Shown here: in pieces, positions 22,801 to 32,721 of the stretch | Numbering within the stretch: the first letter of the stretch is position 1 | How the letters are laid out: each line of letters begins with the position of its first letter | DNA from: Callorhinchus milii | Taxonomy: Eukaryota | Direction of reading: 5' to 3' | Assembly (NCBI RefSeq): GCF_018977255.1 | Contig: NW_024705568.1 | Coordinates: 1-34,165 of the forward strand | Length of the DNA: 34,165 bases | Program-made: the position numbers and the translations under genes | The notes under the pieces: model-generated | The model's input: the letters and a program-made list of their open reading frames with translations, nothing else | Database searches by the model: none | What the model was told of the DNA's origin: nothing

Positions 22801-25800
22801 CTTTTCAGTGAGCGGAGGTGGGTGGTGTACCAGGGGGAGGAGCGGGAGTAGGAGACAGTGCGGGAAGTGATGGGGGCAAGAGTATCGAGTGTGGAGGAGA
22901 GGGTATTGTGGAGGAGGGAGAGAGGAGAAGAGGGGTCGGTGAGGGTTGAAGGCCAGAGGGAGAGGAGTTCAGAGGACTCCAAGGCATCGGTTAGGGATTG
23001 TGGGGGTAACTTCTTCCAAGGGCGGTAGAAGATGGTGGTGGGTCTGGTGGAGGTGGGGAGGGGGGTGGAGGTGGTGAAGGAGATGAAGTAGTGGTCAGAG
23101 ATGGCCTTGTCGGTAATAGTGACATCCGAGACACTGAGGCCCCGGGTGATCACCAAATCGAGTGGGTGGCCGTGACTGTGAGTGGGGGAGTTTATGTGTA
23201 AGGAGAGGTTGAGTGAGGAGAGCAGGGAAGAGAAGTCTGTGGAGATGGAGCAGGAGGGGGTGAAGTGTAGGTTAAAGTCGCCCAGGATGATGAGGCGATC
23301 GGAGCAGAGGCAAAGAGATGTGAGGAGTGTTGAAATGTCAGAGATGAAGGTGGGAGAGGTTTTAGGGGGCCGGTAGAGGAGGAGGATTTTAAGGGAGAGG
23401 AATGAGGGGTGGGAGAGGGTGAGGTGCTCAAAGGAGGGGAAAGAGCCAGTGGAGTAGGGGGATAGGGCAAGTGGTGTCCTTGAGATAAGGGCAACACCAC
23501 CGCCACGGCGGTTGGGGCGGGGGATGTGGTGGGAGGTGTAGCCGGGTGGCGTGGCCTCCGTGAGGGGGAAGGTGTCGCCTGGGGTGAGCCAGGTTTCTGT
23601 TAAGGCCATGATATCAACGTTCTCATCAAGGATGAGATCGTTGATGACCAGGGCCTTGTTGCAGAGGGAGCGGACATTTTGCAGTCCGATGTGGAGGGAG
23701 CGGTTGACAGAAGGGTGTGTGGGAGGGGAGGGGGGTCCAGGTTGTGAGGCAGGGGTGGGGGAATGGGGATGAGGGAGGAGAGGTTGACTCCCCGGGTCTG
23801 TGTCCGGGGTGGCTGGCGAGTGTGGTGGGGAATGGGGCAGTCGGTGTGGCTGCTGCTGGACAGCCAACGCCGAGTGCCACGGTGAGCCCGGCGGAGGATT
23901 CCCAGGCTGGAGCAGAGGGAGGTTGTGGGAGGGTCAAGTGGGGATAGAAGACGAGAGGGACGGAGAGAGAGGAGGAGAGAGCGGGAGAGATGCAGAGGGG
24001 GAGGGTTTGGGGGAGAGAGGAGGGGGGCGGGAGGGAGGGGGTGAGGGGGCTCGGGTCAAAGCGGCAGCCATAGTGCGCACGCGGGGACCGGGAGCGAGCG
24101 GTCAGGTGGATGGCATTATCCCGTAGATTGGGGCATCGAACCCAACAGGACCATAGTGGGCTCTGATGTGAGCCCTGGGGGGGGGGGGGGGGGGGGGGGC
24201 GCAGAGGGTTTTTTTTTTTTTGCGCGCGCACTCACCTGAAAACTAATCTATGACGTCAGCGGTTCCCCCGCTCCGCCTCCAGACCACCCCTTCCCCTCCC
24301 CTCCTCCCCCCGGGGCTGAACTCGCTCCGGCGTCGAGTTTAAGTACCTGGGTCAGTAGGCCCAGGCTCCTCCCCGCGCTGTCCTGCCGCCGCTCCCCGAC
24401 CACACCCCCCCCCCATGCACACACGCAACTCCCACTCCTTGCACAAACACACCACACGCTGCACACACATACCATCAAACACCTCCCTCGCACACACACA
24501 CACACTAACCCCCACACACACAACACTCCCTGCACATACACCTCCCCCCTGCACACACACCTATCTCCCTGGCACACAAACGTACTCCGCCCCCACCGCA
24601 CAAACACCACCCCTGCATACACACACTAACCCTCGCACACACATCACCCGCGCACACATTCCCCCAACGCGCACACATTCCCCCAACACCTCCCCTGGCA
24701 TACACACATCAACCTCCGCAAACATCACCCCACGCATACACACCTCCACCCACACACTCACTGCCCCCCACACACACCTCCCCCAACACATCTCAACACA
24801 AAGGGTTTGCAGGTTATGGGGAGAAAGCTGGTGATTGGGGTCAGTGAAAGTGACGCTCTGTCAAAGAGCCGCACAGACTCGATGGGCCGAATGGCCTCCT
24901 CTGTGCCGTAACAGTCTATGAATCTATGATTCTATGATCTCCCCTCGCAAACACATACACACCTAACCCTGCATACACGCACCTCCCCCACCGCACAAAC
25001 ACCACCCCATGTACACACATCACCTGCGCACACACACACCTCCCCCCGCACACACCTCCCCAACGCACACACTTCCCGCCCCATGTGCACACACCTCCCC
25101 CTAGCATACACACATCAACCCCTGCACACACACCTCCACCCTTCACACACATACCTCCCCTCCTTCTGCACACACACACCATCACACTCCTCCCCCCCAT
25201 GCGCACATAACTCCCCCATATACACACACCTCCCTCTGCACAAACACACAACTCCCCCTGCACACACATACCATCACACATCTCCCCCTGCACACACACA
25301 TACCACCACCCCTGCACACACACCTCCTCCCTTCACACACATACCGTACACACACCTCCCCACTGAAGGAGGAGTCAGGGGGTGGGGAGGGGGAGGAGTC
25401 AGGGGAGGGGGAGGAGTCAGGGGGTGGGGAGGGGGAGGAATCAGGGGTGGGGAGGGGGAGGAGTCAGGGGGAGGGGGAGGAGTCAGGGGGCGGGAGGGGG
25501 AGGAGTCAGGGGGAGGGGGAGGAGTCAGGGGAGAGGGCGGAGCCGGGGGGCGGGAGGTGGGGGGAGGGCCAGGACTGGGGGGATTGGGGAGTGGAGTTTG
25601 GGGGTAGTGGTGGAGGGCCAGGACTGGGGGGATCAGGGAGAGGCGTTTGGGGGTGGGAGGGAGGGGTTTGGGGGTGGGGGGGAGGGCCAGGACTGGGCGG
25701 ATCGGGGAGTGGGGTTTGGGGGTGGGGGGAGGGTCAGGACTGGGGTAATCGGGGAGTGGAGTTTGGGGGTGGGGGGGAGGGTCAGGACTGGGGGGAGCGG

Positions 25801-28800
25801 GGTTTGGGGGTGGGGGGGGAGAGCAAGGACTGGGGTAATCGGGGAGTGGAGTTTGGGGGTGGGGGGGAGGGTCAGGACTGGGGGGAGCGGAGTTTGGTGC
25901 GGGTAAGAACGTGGGCGGCAGAGTTCTGGATGACCTGGATTTTATGGATGGTAGTGGAGGGGAGGCCGGTGAGGAGGGCGTTAGAGTAGTTCAGCCGAGA
26001 GGTGACAAAGGCCTGGATCAGGGATTCAGCGGCTTTTGGGGTGAGATATTGGCGGAGACGGGCGATGGGTCAGAGGTGGAAGTGAGCGGCGCTGGTGAGG
26101 GACCGGATGTGGGGGAGGAAGAAAAATTGGGGGTTGAACCTGACGCCTGGGTTGTGTAAGGGTTCGGAGAGACACACACTCAGAGATACACACACACTCA
26201 CATACACACACACTCACAGTGGAGTCCATAGCTCAGTGGTTAGAGCACTCGCTTTGCAAACGAGAGACCTGAGTTCAATTCCAGGCAGAGGGCGAAACCT
26301 TGGGCAAGTTTCCTTACTCCTAATAATAATCCCTCCAAAACAAAAAACAATAATAAATTGGTCATTTTCAATCTACGACTGTTTGTGGGACATTGCTGTG
26401 CGCAATTGGCTGCCGCGTTCACCCACAATTATACAGTCAATTCACTTTACAGTATATTCTGTGAAGCGCTTTGAGACGTCTGGAAGACGTGAAAAGCGCT
26501 ATATCAAATGCAAGGATTAGTATTATTATGCATACAGATATACACTCACAGATACATACACTCACATACACAAAAACACACTCAGACACACAAAAAGACA
26601 CACAGATAGACACATACTGAGCGGATAGGCCCAGACTGCTCTCATTCCCATTCTGCCTCAATCCCAGGGACACCAGTGAGGAACGGGAAGTGATGGAAGA
26701 TGTGATCGAGGAGTGTAACAAGTATGGTGGCGTCATTCATATTCACCTCAATTCTGCACAGGTCAGAGATCACACACCTCCATCCCTAACCCTGACCTGG
26801 GAGTGTGGACGGACGCACAGTGTAGAGGAGCTTTACTGTGTCTGTAACCCTGACCTGGAAGTGTGGACGAACGCACAGTGTAGAGGGAGCGTTACTGTGT
26901 CTCTAACCCTGACCTGGGAGTGTGGACGGACGCACAGTGTAGAGGAGCTTTACTGTGTCTCTAACCCTGACCTGGGAGTGTGGACACACAGTGTAGAGGA
27001 GCTTTACTGTGTCTCTAACCCTGACCTGGGAGTGTGGGCGCACAGTGTAGAGGAGCTTTACTGTGTCTCTAACCCTGACCTGGGAGTGTGGGCGCACAGT
27101 GTAGAGGAGCTTTGCTGTGCTTAACGTTCTGTTTATTTCAGGGTGATGTGTATATAAAGTGCCCAACTGTCCGGGGGGCTGAGCTGATTGTGAATGTGCT
27201 AAATGGACGTTGGTTTGCTGGTGAGTTCTGTAGCTGCATGCTTAACCCCTTATTGTCCTCTTCCTCCTGACTCACAGCGGACTTAACCCTTTGCACTTCC
27301 CTTTGTCCTCTATCTATCTCTGACACAACAGTCTCGCTGTCTTTCTCTCTCCCCTCCAACATTGGACTTAATCCCTTCCTGCCTCACAGTCCCTATCTGT
27401 CAAATGATAATAATAATAATCCTTGCATTTGAGACAGCGCCTTATCACATCATTGAGATGTCTCAAAGTGCTTCACATGATATGGTGTAAAGTGTGTTTT
27501 GTGCGTGAATGTGCAACTATGCACAGCAGTGTCCACAAATTTAATTTTTTTTTGGAAAGTTTATTATCCCTGGAAAGCCATCCACCAATCGACTTAACAA
27601 CCGGGTTCCTGCTTACTGTCAGGTAAACAGAGGCGTGTGGAGTAAGGAAACTTGCCCAACTTCCCCCAGGAATCAAACTCAGGTCCTATTGCAAGGCTAG
27701 CTTGTTAGGCAAGCTGCTAACCACGACACTACAGCCTCCACAAATAATAATAATAATACTTGCACTTGATACTTGATCTCAAGTACAGTATAAATTCCCT
27801 GTTTGCCTGGAAAAAAATCCTCTGCGCCCCCCCCCCCCCCACCAGGGCTCACATCAGGGCCCACCATGGTCCTGTTGGGTTGGCTGCCCCAGCCCCGGCC
27901 CATGGGATAATGTGTCCATCCACCTGACCGCTCGCTCCCGGTCCCCGCGTGCGCAATATGGCTGCCGCTATGACCCGAGACCCTCACCCCCTCCCTCCCT
28001 CCTCCCTCCTCTCTACCCCCAAACTCTCCCCCCTACCCCCAAACCCTCCCCCCTCTGCATCTCTCCTGCTCTCTCCTCCTCTCTCTCCGTCCCTCTCACC
28101 TTCTATCCCCACTTGACCCTCCCACAACCTCCCTCTGCTCCAGCCTGGGAATCCTCCGCCGGCCGGGCTCACCGCGGCACTCGGCGTTGGCTGTCCAGCA
28201 GCAGCCACACCGACTGCCCCATTCCCCACCACACTTGCCACCCACCCCGGACACAGACCCGGGGAGCCAACCTCTCCTCCCTCATCCCCATTTCCCCCAC
28301 CCCTGCCTCACAACCGGGACCCCCCTCCCTCCCCACACACCCTTCTGTCAACCGCTCCATCCACATCGGATTACAAAATGTCCGCTTGATATCATGGCCT
28401 TAACTGAAACCTGGCTCACGGCAGGCGACACCTTCCCCCTCAGGGGCCACACCACCCGGCTACACCTCCCACCACATCCCTCGCCCCAACCGCCGTGGCG
28501 GTGGTGTTGCCCTTATCGCAAGGACACCACTTGCCCTATCCCCCTACTCCTCTGGCTCTTTCCCCTCTTTTGAGCACCTCACCCTCTCCCACCCCTCCTT
28601 CCTCTCACTTAAAATCCTCCTCCTCTACCGGCCCCCTAAAACCTCTCCCACCTTTATCTCTGATATCTCAACACTCCTCACATCTCTTTGCCTCTGCTCT
28701 GATTGCCTCATCATCCTGGGCGACTTTAACCTGCACTTCACCCCCTCCTGCTCCATCTCCTCAGATTTCTCTTCCCTGCTCTCCTCACTCAACCTCGCCC

Positions 28801-29955
28801 TCCACATCAACTCCCCCACTCACAGTCACGGCCACCCACTCGATTTGGTGATCACCTGGGGCCTCAGTGTCTCGGATGTCACCATCACCGACAAGGCCAT
28901 CTCCGACCACCACTTCATCTCCTTCACCACCTCCACCCCCCTCCCCACCTCCACCACACCCACCACCATCTTCTACCGCCCCTGGAAGAAGTTACCCCCT
29001 CAATCCCTAACCGCTGCCTTGGAGTCCTCTGAACTCCTCTCCCACTGGCCTTCAACCCTCACCGACCCCTCTTCTGCTCTCACCCTCCTCCACAACACCC
29101 TCTCCTCCACACTCGACACTCTTGCCCCTATCACCTCCCGAACTGTCTCCTACTCTCGCTCCTCCCCCTGGTTCACCACCCACCTCCGCTCACTGAAGAG
29201 CCAGGTGCGGGCCGCTGAACGCACCTGGGTCAAATCTGACCTAACGGTCCACCGACAAATCTGGGTGGACCTCCTCAAAATTTACCGCTCCACTCTAGCC
29301 TCGGCCAAGTCGTCCTTCTACTCCAGGATAATCCTGGAGGCGAAGGACAACCCCAGGCTACTGTTCTCTACCACATCCCAACTCCTCCGTCCCCCCCGCC
29401 ACCCCGCGCAGGTCATCTCCTCCAACCTTCACTGCGAGGAGATGCTGGATTTCCTTGAATCCAAGATCAAGGGAATTTGCTCCGCGGTCACTCCCCCTCC
29501 AACTTCCACCCACCCCTTCCACAGGAATCTTGTTGTTGTTGTTGTTGTTGCCTCCCTGTTGATATGCGACCAGATAAAACACGATACTGTACATTTCCTT
29601 GAACCATCACCTTCTGATGGTGGAAATAGCCATTTTGTCAATATAAAATATGATAATAATACATTATCTGTGTTTGTCACATTGTCAAGACGCCTGAAAC
29701 CGCTTCACTGTACTGTGAAGTATAGTGACCGTGTGTTTTGTGGGCGAAACATGGCAGCCAATTGTGCACAGCGACATCCCCACAAACAGTTGTGGATTAT
29801 TACTCTACATTACTAACCACTCACACTCTTGCTCTCCCTCCCCGACAGGTCGAATGATATCAGCTGTGTTTGTACCTGTCGCTCGTTATCACAAACTATT
29901 CCCAGAATCTGTATCTGCCTGTCGGCTTGTGTTGGGATCTCACAGAGAAAAATGA
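13791..29955 (+). CDS. RBM39: RBM39/CAPER-like splicing factor, 3' part (linker + UHM/RRM3); spliced CDS join(13791-13838,20025-20121,26668-26761,27142-27220,29849-29955); 5' exons lie upstream of the window
   Basis: The exons join in frame with AG/GT boundaries to give (G)[140 protein letters not shown]. This is collinear with the recalled RBM39 C-terminus ([70 protein letters not shown]). Ortholog versus paralog is unresolved. Confidence 0.85.
13860..19780. repeat. CT tract followed by a ~5.8-kb CA/CT array, unit approximately CTCTCAAACACACACA
   Basis: Nearly G-free + strand, with hundreds of CTCAAACAC cores and higher-order blocks. Confidence 0.95.
19791..19887 (+). pseudogene. Tandem duplicate of exon 20025-20121 with a non-canonical donor (pseudo-exon or alternative exon)
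   Basis: 97 nt, 88/97 identical to 20025-20121 with no indels. Acceptor tctctgtcaaag|. The donor reads ATGAGT instead of GTGAGT. Confidence 0.75.
20025..20121 (+). CDS. RBM39: 97-nt coding exon ([31 protein letters not shown]), start of the UHM
   Basis: (ct)n-acag| acceptor and CA|gtgagt donor. [12 protein letters not shown] matches RBM39 PLATQCFQLSNM. Confidence 0.85.
20551..24400 (-). mobile_element. Apparently full-length (~3.85 kb) single-ORF L2 LINE: APE endonuclease + reverse transcriptase, a few small frameshifts
   Basis: EN motifs LQNVRSL, ALTETWL, GGGVA, LGDFN and SDH. RT motifs [35 protein letters not shown] and MYADD (about 21703-21717). (CAA)n tail at 20552. GC-rich 5'UTR to about 24400. 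Candidate TSD CACAC. Confidence 0.93.
24401..25362. repeat. C/CA-rich low-complexity repeat (CCCCTGCACACAC-like), continuation of 20128-20550
   Basis: The same motif class lies on both sides of the minus-strand L2. Confidence 0.8.
24801..24938 (+). mobile_element. Short 3' end of a CR1-type element
   Basis: GACTCGATGGGCCGAATGGCCTCCT followed by a (TCTATGAN)3 tail. Similar to the CR1 end at 13699-13735. Confidence 0.75.
25367..25897. repeat. G-rich minisatellite (GGAGGAGTCAGGGG, then AGGACTGGGG..GGAGTTTGGGGGTGG units)
   Basis: Visible tandem units with dense G-runs. Confidence 0.85.
25885..26165 (-). mobile_element. Older L2-subfamily ORF fragment
   Basis: The minus strand reads [57 protein letters not shown], homologous to but diverged from the young L2. 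Confidence 0.85.
26221..26529 (+). mobile_element. tRNA-Ala-derived SINE, full length
   Basis: Same head, body and tail as 10245-10574. Confidence 0.92.
26668..26761 (+). CDS. RBM39: 94-nt coding exon ([31 protein letters not shown])
   Basis: cccag| acceptor and CAG|gtcaga donor. Contains the [15 protein letters not shown] signature. Confidence 0.92.
26786..27125. repeat. Intronic minisatellite, 6 units of 54-59 bp
   Basis: Unit CTAACCCTGACCTGGGAGTGTGGAC(GGAC)GCACAGTGTAGAGGAGCTTTACTGTGTCT. Confidence 0.92.
27142..27220 (+). CDS. RBM39: 79-nt coding exon ([26 protein letters not shown]) with the UHM R-X-F motif
   Basis: ttctgtttatttcag| acceptor and CTG|gtgagt donor. Contains the GRWFAG motif. 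Confidence 0.93.
27407..27739 (-). mobile_element. Older related tRNA-derived SINE, minus strand
   Basis: (ATA)n CCTTGCATTTGA tail and TAAGGAAACTTGCCCAA body match. Degenerate tRNA head near 27670-27739. Confidence 0.7.
27811..29550 (+). mobile_element. L2 LINE 5' half (EN region) joined directly to a GGAATC(TTG)n tail; RT absent
   Basis: Reverse complement of about 22490-24220, with ALTETWL, GDFN and ISDH motifs. Tail at 29524-29550. Confidence 0.9.
29655..29800 (-). mobile_element. Degenerate SINE 3' fragment, minus strand
   Basis: GGCAGCCAATTGTGCACAGCGACATCCCCACAAACAGT is the reverse complement of the SINE body. Confidence 0.7.
29849..29955 (+). CDS. RBM39: Terminal coding exon ([35 protein letters not shown])
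   Basis: Pyrimidine tract plus acag| acceptor. Resembles GKMITAAYVPLPTYHNLFPDS. Stop TGA at 29953-29955. Confidence 0.9.
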
Positions 29956-30000
29956 GAAACAATCAAGACTCCAAGATCGCACAAGCAAAACATTATCCAC

Positions 30001-30108
30001 TCTCTAACACTGGGCTCAGCCTCACTGTCTCCTCTGTCACTAACACTGGGATCAGCCTCACTGTCTGCTCTGTCTCTAACACTGCGATCAGCCTCACTGT
30101 CTCCTCTA
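30001..30108. repeat. 3 x 36-bp tandem repeat in the putative 3'UTR
   Basis: TCTCTAACACTGGGCTCAGCCTCACTGTCTCCTCTG and two variants. Confidence 0.85.
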
Positions 30109-30138
30109 TCTGTAACTAAATTGAGCCTCAAAGAGATT

Positions 30139-30144
30139 ATTAAA
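30139..30144 (+). promoter_or_regulatory. Polyadenylation signal ATTAAA
   Basis: About 185 nt after the stop codon, followed by TG-rich sequence (tctgttgtgtg) just before the GA array starts. Confidence 0.55.
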
Positions 30145-31152
30145 CATCAATCTGTTGTGTGATATCCTGATTTGAAACAGAGAGGGTGTGAGGGAGAGAG
30201 GGAGAGAGTGTGAGAGAGGGAGAGTGTAAGAGAGAGAGGGGGAGACTGGGAGAGAGGGAGAGAATGTGTGAGAAAGGAAGAGATTGAGAGAGAGAGGGGG
30301 TAAGTGTGAGAAAGAGAGGGAGAGAATGTGAGAGAGAAAGGGAGGGAGTGAGGGAGAGAGATTGTGAGAGTGTGAGAGGGAGGGGAGAGTGTGAGAGAGG
30401 GAGAGAGAAAGGGAGAGATTGTGAGAGAAGGAGAGAATGTGAGAGAAAGGGAGGGAGTGAGGGAGAGAGATTGTGAGAGTGTGAGAGGGAGGGGAGAGTG
30501 TGAGAGAGGGAGAGAGAAAGGGAGAGATTGTGAGAGAAGGAGAGAATGTGAGAGAAAGGGAAGGAGTGAGAGAGAGATTGTGAGAGCGTGAGAGGGAGGG
30601 GAGAGTGTGAGAGAGTGCGAGAGAAAGGGAGAGATTGTGAGAGAGGGAGAGTATGTGAGAGAGTGAGAAATGGAGAGAGTAAGAGGGAGAGAGTGCGAGA
30701 GAGAGGGAGAGTGTGAGAGAAAGGGAGGGAGTGTGAGGGGTGAGAGAGTGTGAGAGGGAGAGTGTGTGAGGGAGGGGGAGAATGTATGAGAGAGGGGGAG
30801 AGGGAGTGTGAGAGAGGTCGAGAGTGAGAGAAAGAGGGGGAGAGAGGGGGAGAGTGAGAGAGGGAGAGTGTGAGAGAGGGAGAGAGTGTAGAAAGGAAGA
30901 GATTGAGAGAGGAAAAGTGTGTGATAAAGAGAGGGAGAGAATGTGAAAGAGAGTGAGAGAAAGGAGAGTGCGAGAGAGTGAGAGGGAGAAACTGAGAGCG
31001 TGAGAGGGAGAGAGAGAGGGTGAGAAAGAGGGAGAGGGGGTGAGAGAGTGAGAGAGAAAGGGAGAGATTTTGAGAGAGGGAGAGTGTGTGAGAGAGGGAG
31101 AGAATGTGAGAGAGAGAGGGAGAGAGTGTAAGAGAGAGAAAGGAGAGAAAAT

Positions 31153-31464
31153 GAGTCCTGTAGCTCAGTGGTTAGAGCACTCGCTTTGCAGATGAGAGAC
31201 CTGAGTTCAATCCCCGGGGGGTCAGGGCCAAACCTTGGGCAAGTTTCCTTACTCCACACAGAGCCTAATAATAATCCCTCCAAAACCTCAAACAATAATA
31301 AATTGGTCATTTTCAATCTACGACTGTTTGTGGGACATTGCTGTGCGCAATTGGCTGCCACGTTCGCCCACAAATATACAGTCAATTCACTTTACAGTGT
31401 GTTCTGTGAAGCGCTTTGGGACGTCCTCCTGACGTGAAAAGCGCTATATCAAATGAAAGGATTA
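31153..31464 (+). mobile_element. tRNA-Ala-derived SINE
   Basis: Full head, body and 3' stem-loop; short tail. Confidence 0.92.
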
Positions 31465-32023
31465 AGGAGAGAATGTGAGAGAGTGTGAGAGAAAGAGGGG
31501 GAGAGTGTGAGAGAAAGGAAGAGATTGAATGAGAGGTAAAGAGAGGGAGAGAGTGTAAGAGAGGAAGAGATTGAGAGAGAGAGAGGGAGGGGAAAGTGTG
31601 AGAAAGGGAGAGTGTGTGAGAGCGAATGGGAGAGAGAGAGAAAGAGGGAGGGAGTGTGAGGGGTGAGAGTGTGAGAGCAAGGGAGAAACAGAGAGAGAGG
31701 GAGAGTGTGTGAGGGAGGGAGAGACTGTGTGAGAGGGAGAGAGTGAGAGAAAGAGGGGAGAGTGTGAGAGAGAAAGGGAGAGATTGTGAGAGAGGGAGAG
31801 TGTGTGAGGGAGGGAGAGAATGTGTGAGAGAGAGGGAGTGTGAGAGAGAGAGAGAAAGGGGGAGAGTGAGAGAGAGAGGGAGAGTGTGAGAGAGGGAGAG
31901 AGTGAGAGAGAAAGAAGGAGAGAGTGCGAGAGAAAGGGAGAGATTGTGAGAGAGAGGGAGAGTGTGAGAGAGAAGGAGAGAATGTGAGAGAGAGAGTGTA
32001 AGAGAGAGAAGGGAGAGAGAAAA

Positions 32024-32333
32024 GGAGTCCTGTAGCTCAGTGGTTGGAGGACTCGCTTTGCAAGTGAGAGACCTGAGTTCAATTCCCGGCAGAGGGCCAA
32101 ACCTCGGGCAAGTTTCCTTACTCCACACAGAGCCTAATAATAATCCCTCCAAAACCTCAAACAATAATAAATTGATCACTTTCAATCTACGACTGTTTGT
32201 GGGACATTGCTGTGCGCAATTGGCTGCCGTGTTCGCCCACAAATATACAGTCAATTCACTTTACAGTGTGTTCTGTGAAGCGCTTTGGGACGTCCTCCCG
32301 ACGTGAAAAGCGCTATATCAAATGCAAGGATTA
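32024..32333 (+). mobile_element. tRNA-Ala-derived SINE
   Basis: Full head, body and 3' stem-loop; short tail. Confidence 0.92.
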
Positions 32334-32687
32334 AGGAGAGTGTGAGAGAGAGAGGGAGTGAGGGAAATAATATGTGAGAGAGGGAGAGAGTGTGATTGTG
32401 AGAGAGAGAGTGTGAGAGAGAGTGAGAGAAAGAGGGAGAGGGTGAGAGAGAGGGGGAGAGTGTGAGAGAAAGGAAGAGATTAAGAGAGAAAGAGAAAGAG
32501 TGTGAGAAAGAGAGAGAGAGAGTCTAAGAGAGGAAGAGATTGAGAGGAAGAGAGGAGGGGGGAAAGAGGGAGAGAATGTGAGAGAGAGGGAGAGAGAGTG
32601 AGAGAAAGAGGGAGAGAGAGAGAGTGTGAAGGAGGGGGAGAGAATGTGAGAGATGGAAAGAGTGTGAGAGAGAGAAAGGGAGAGTGT

Positions 32688-32721
<34 letters not shown>

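Noticed and set aside
20890..23867. Novel RT system (retron, DGR or group II intron) or domesticated gene
   Set aside because: APE endonuclease plus RT, a tandem-repeat tail and multiple truncated copies identify an ordinary L2-clade non-LTR retrotransposon.
25382..25989. RGG/Gly-rich ORFs that could pass for an RS/RGG domain of the splicing factor
   Set aside because: Several frames are open because of G-rich repeats, there are no fitting splice sites, and the flanking exons already join in frame.
26690..27124. 144-aa stand-alone repeat protein
   Set aside because: It is a real exon read through the CAG|GT donor into the intronic minisatellite.
26786..27125. CRISPR-like array (also the 36-bp repeats at 30001-30108)
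   Set aside because: Head-to-tail units with no unique spacers, no cas genes and a eukaryotic context.
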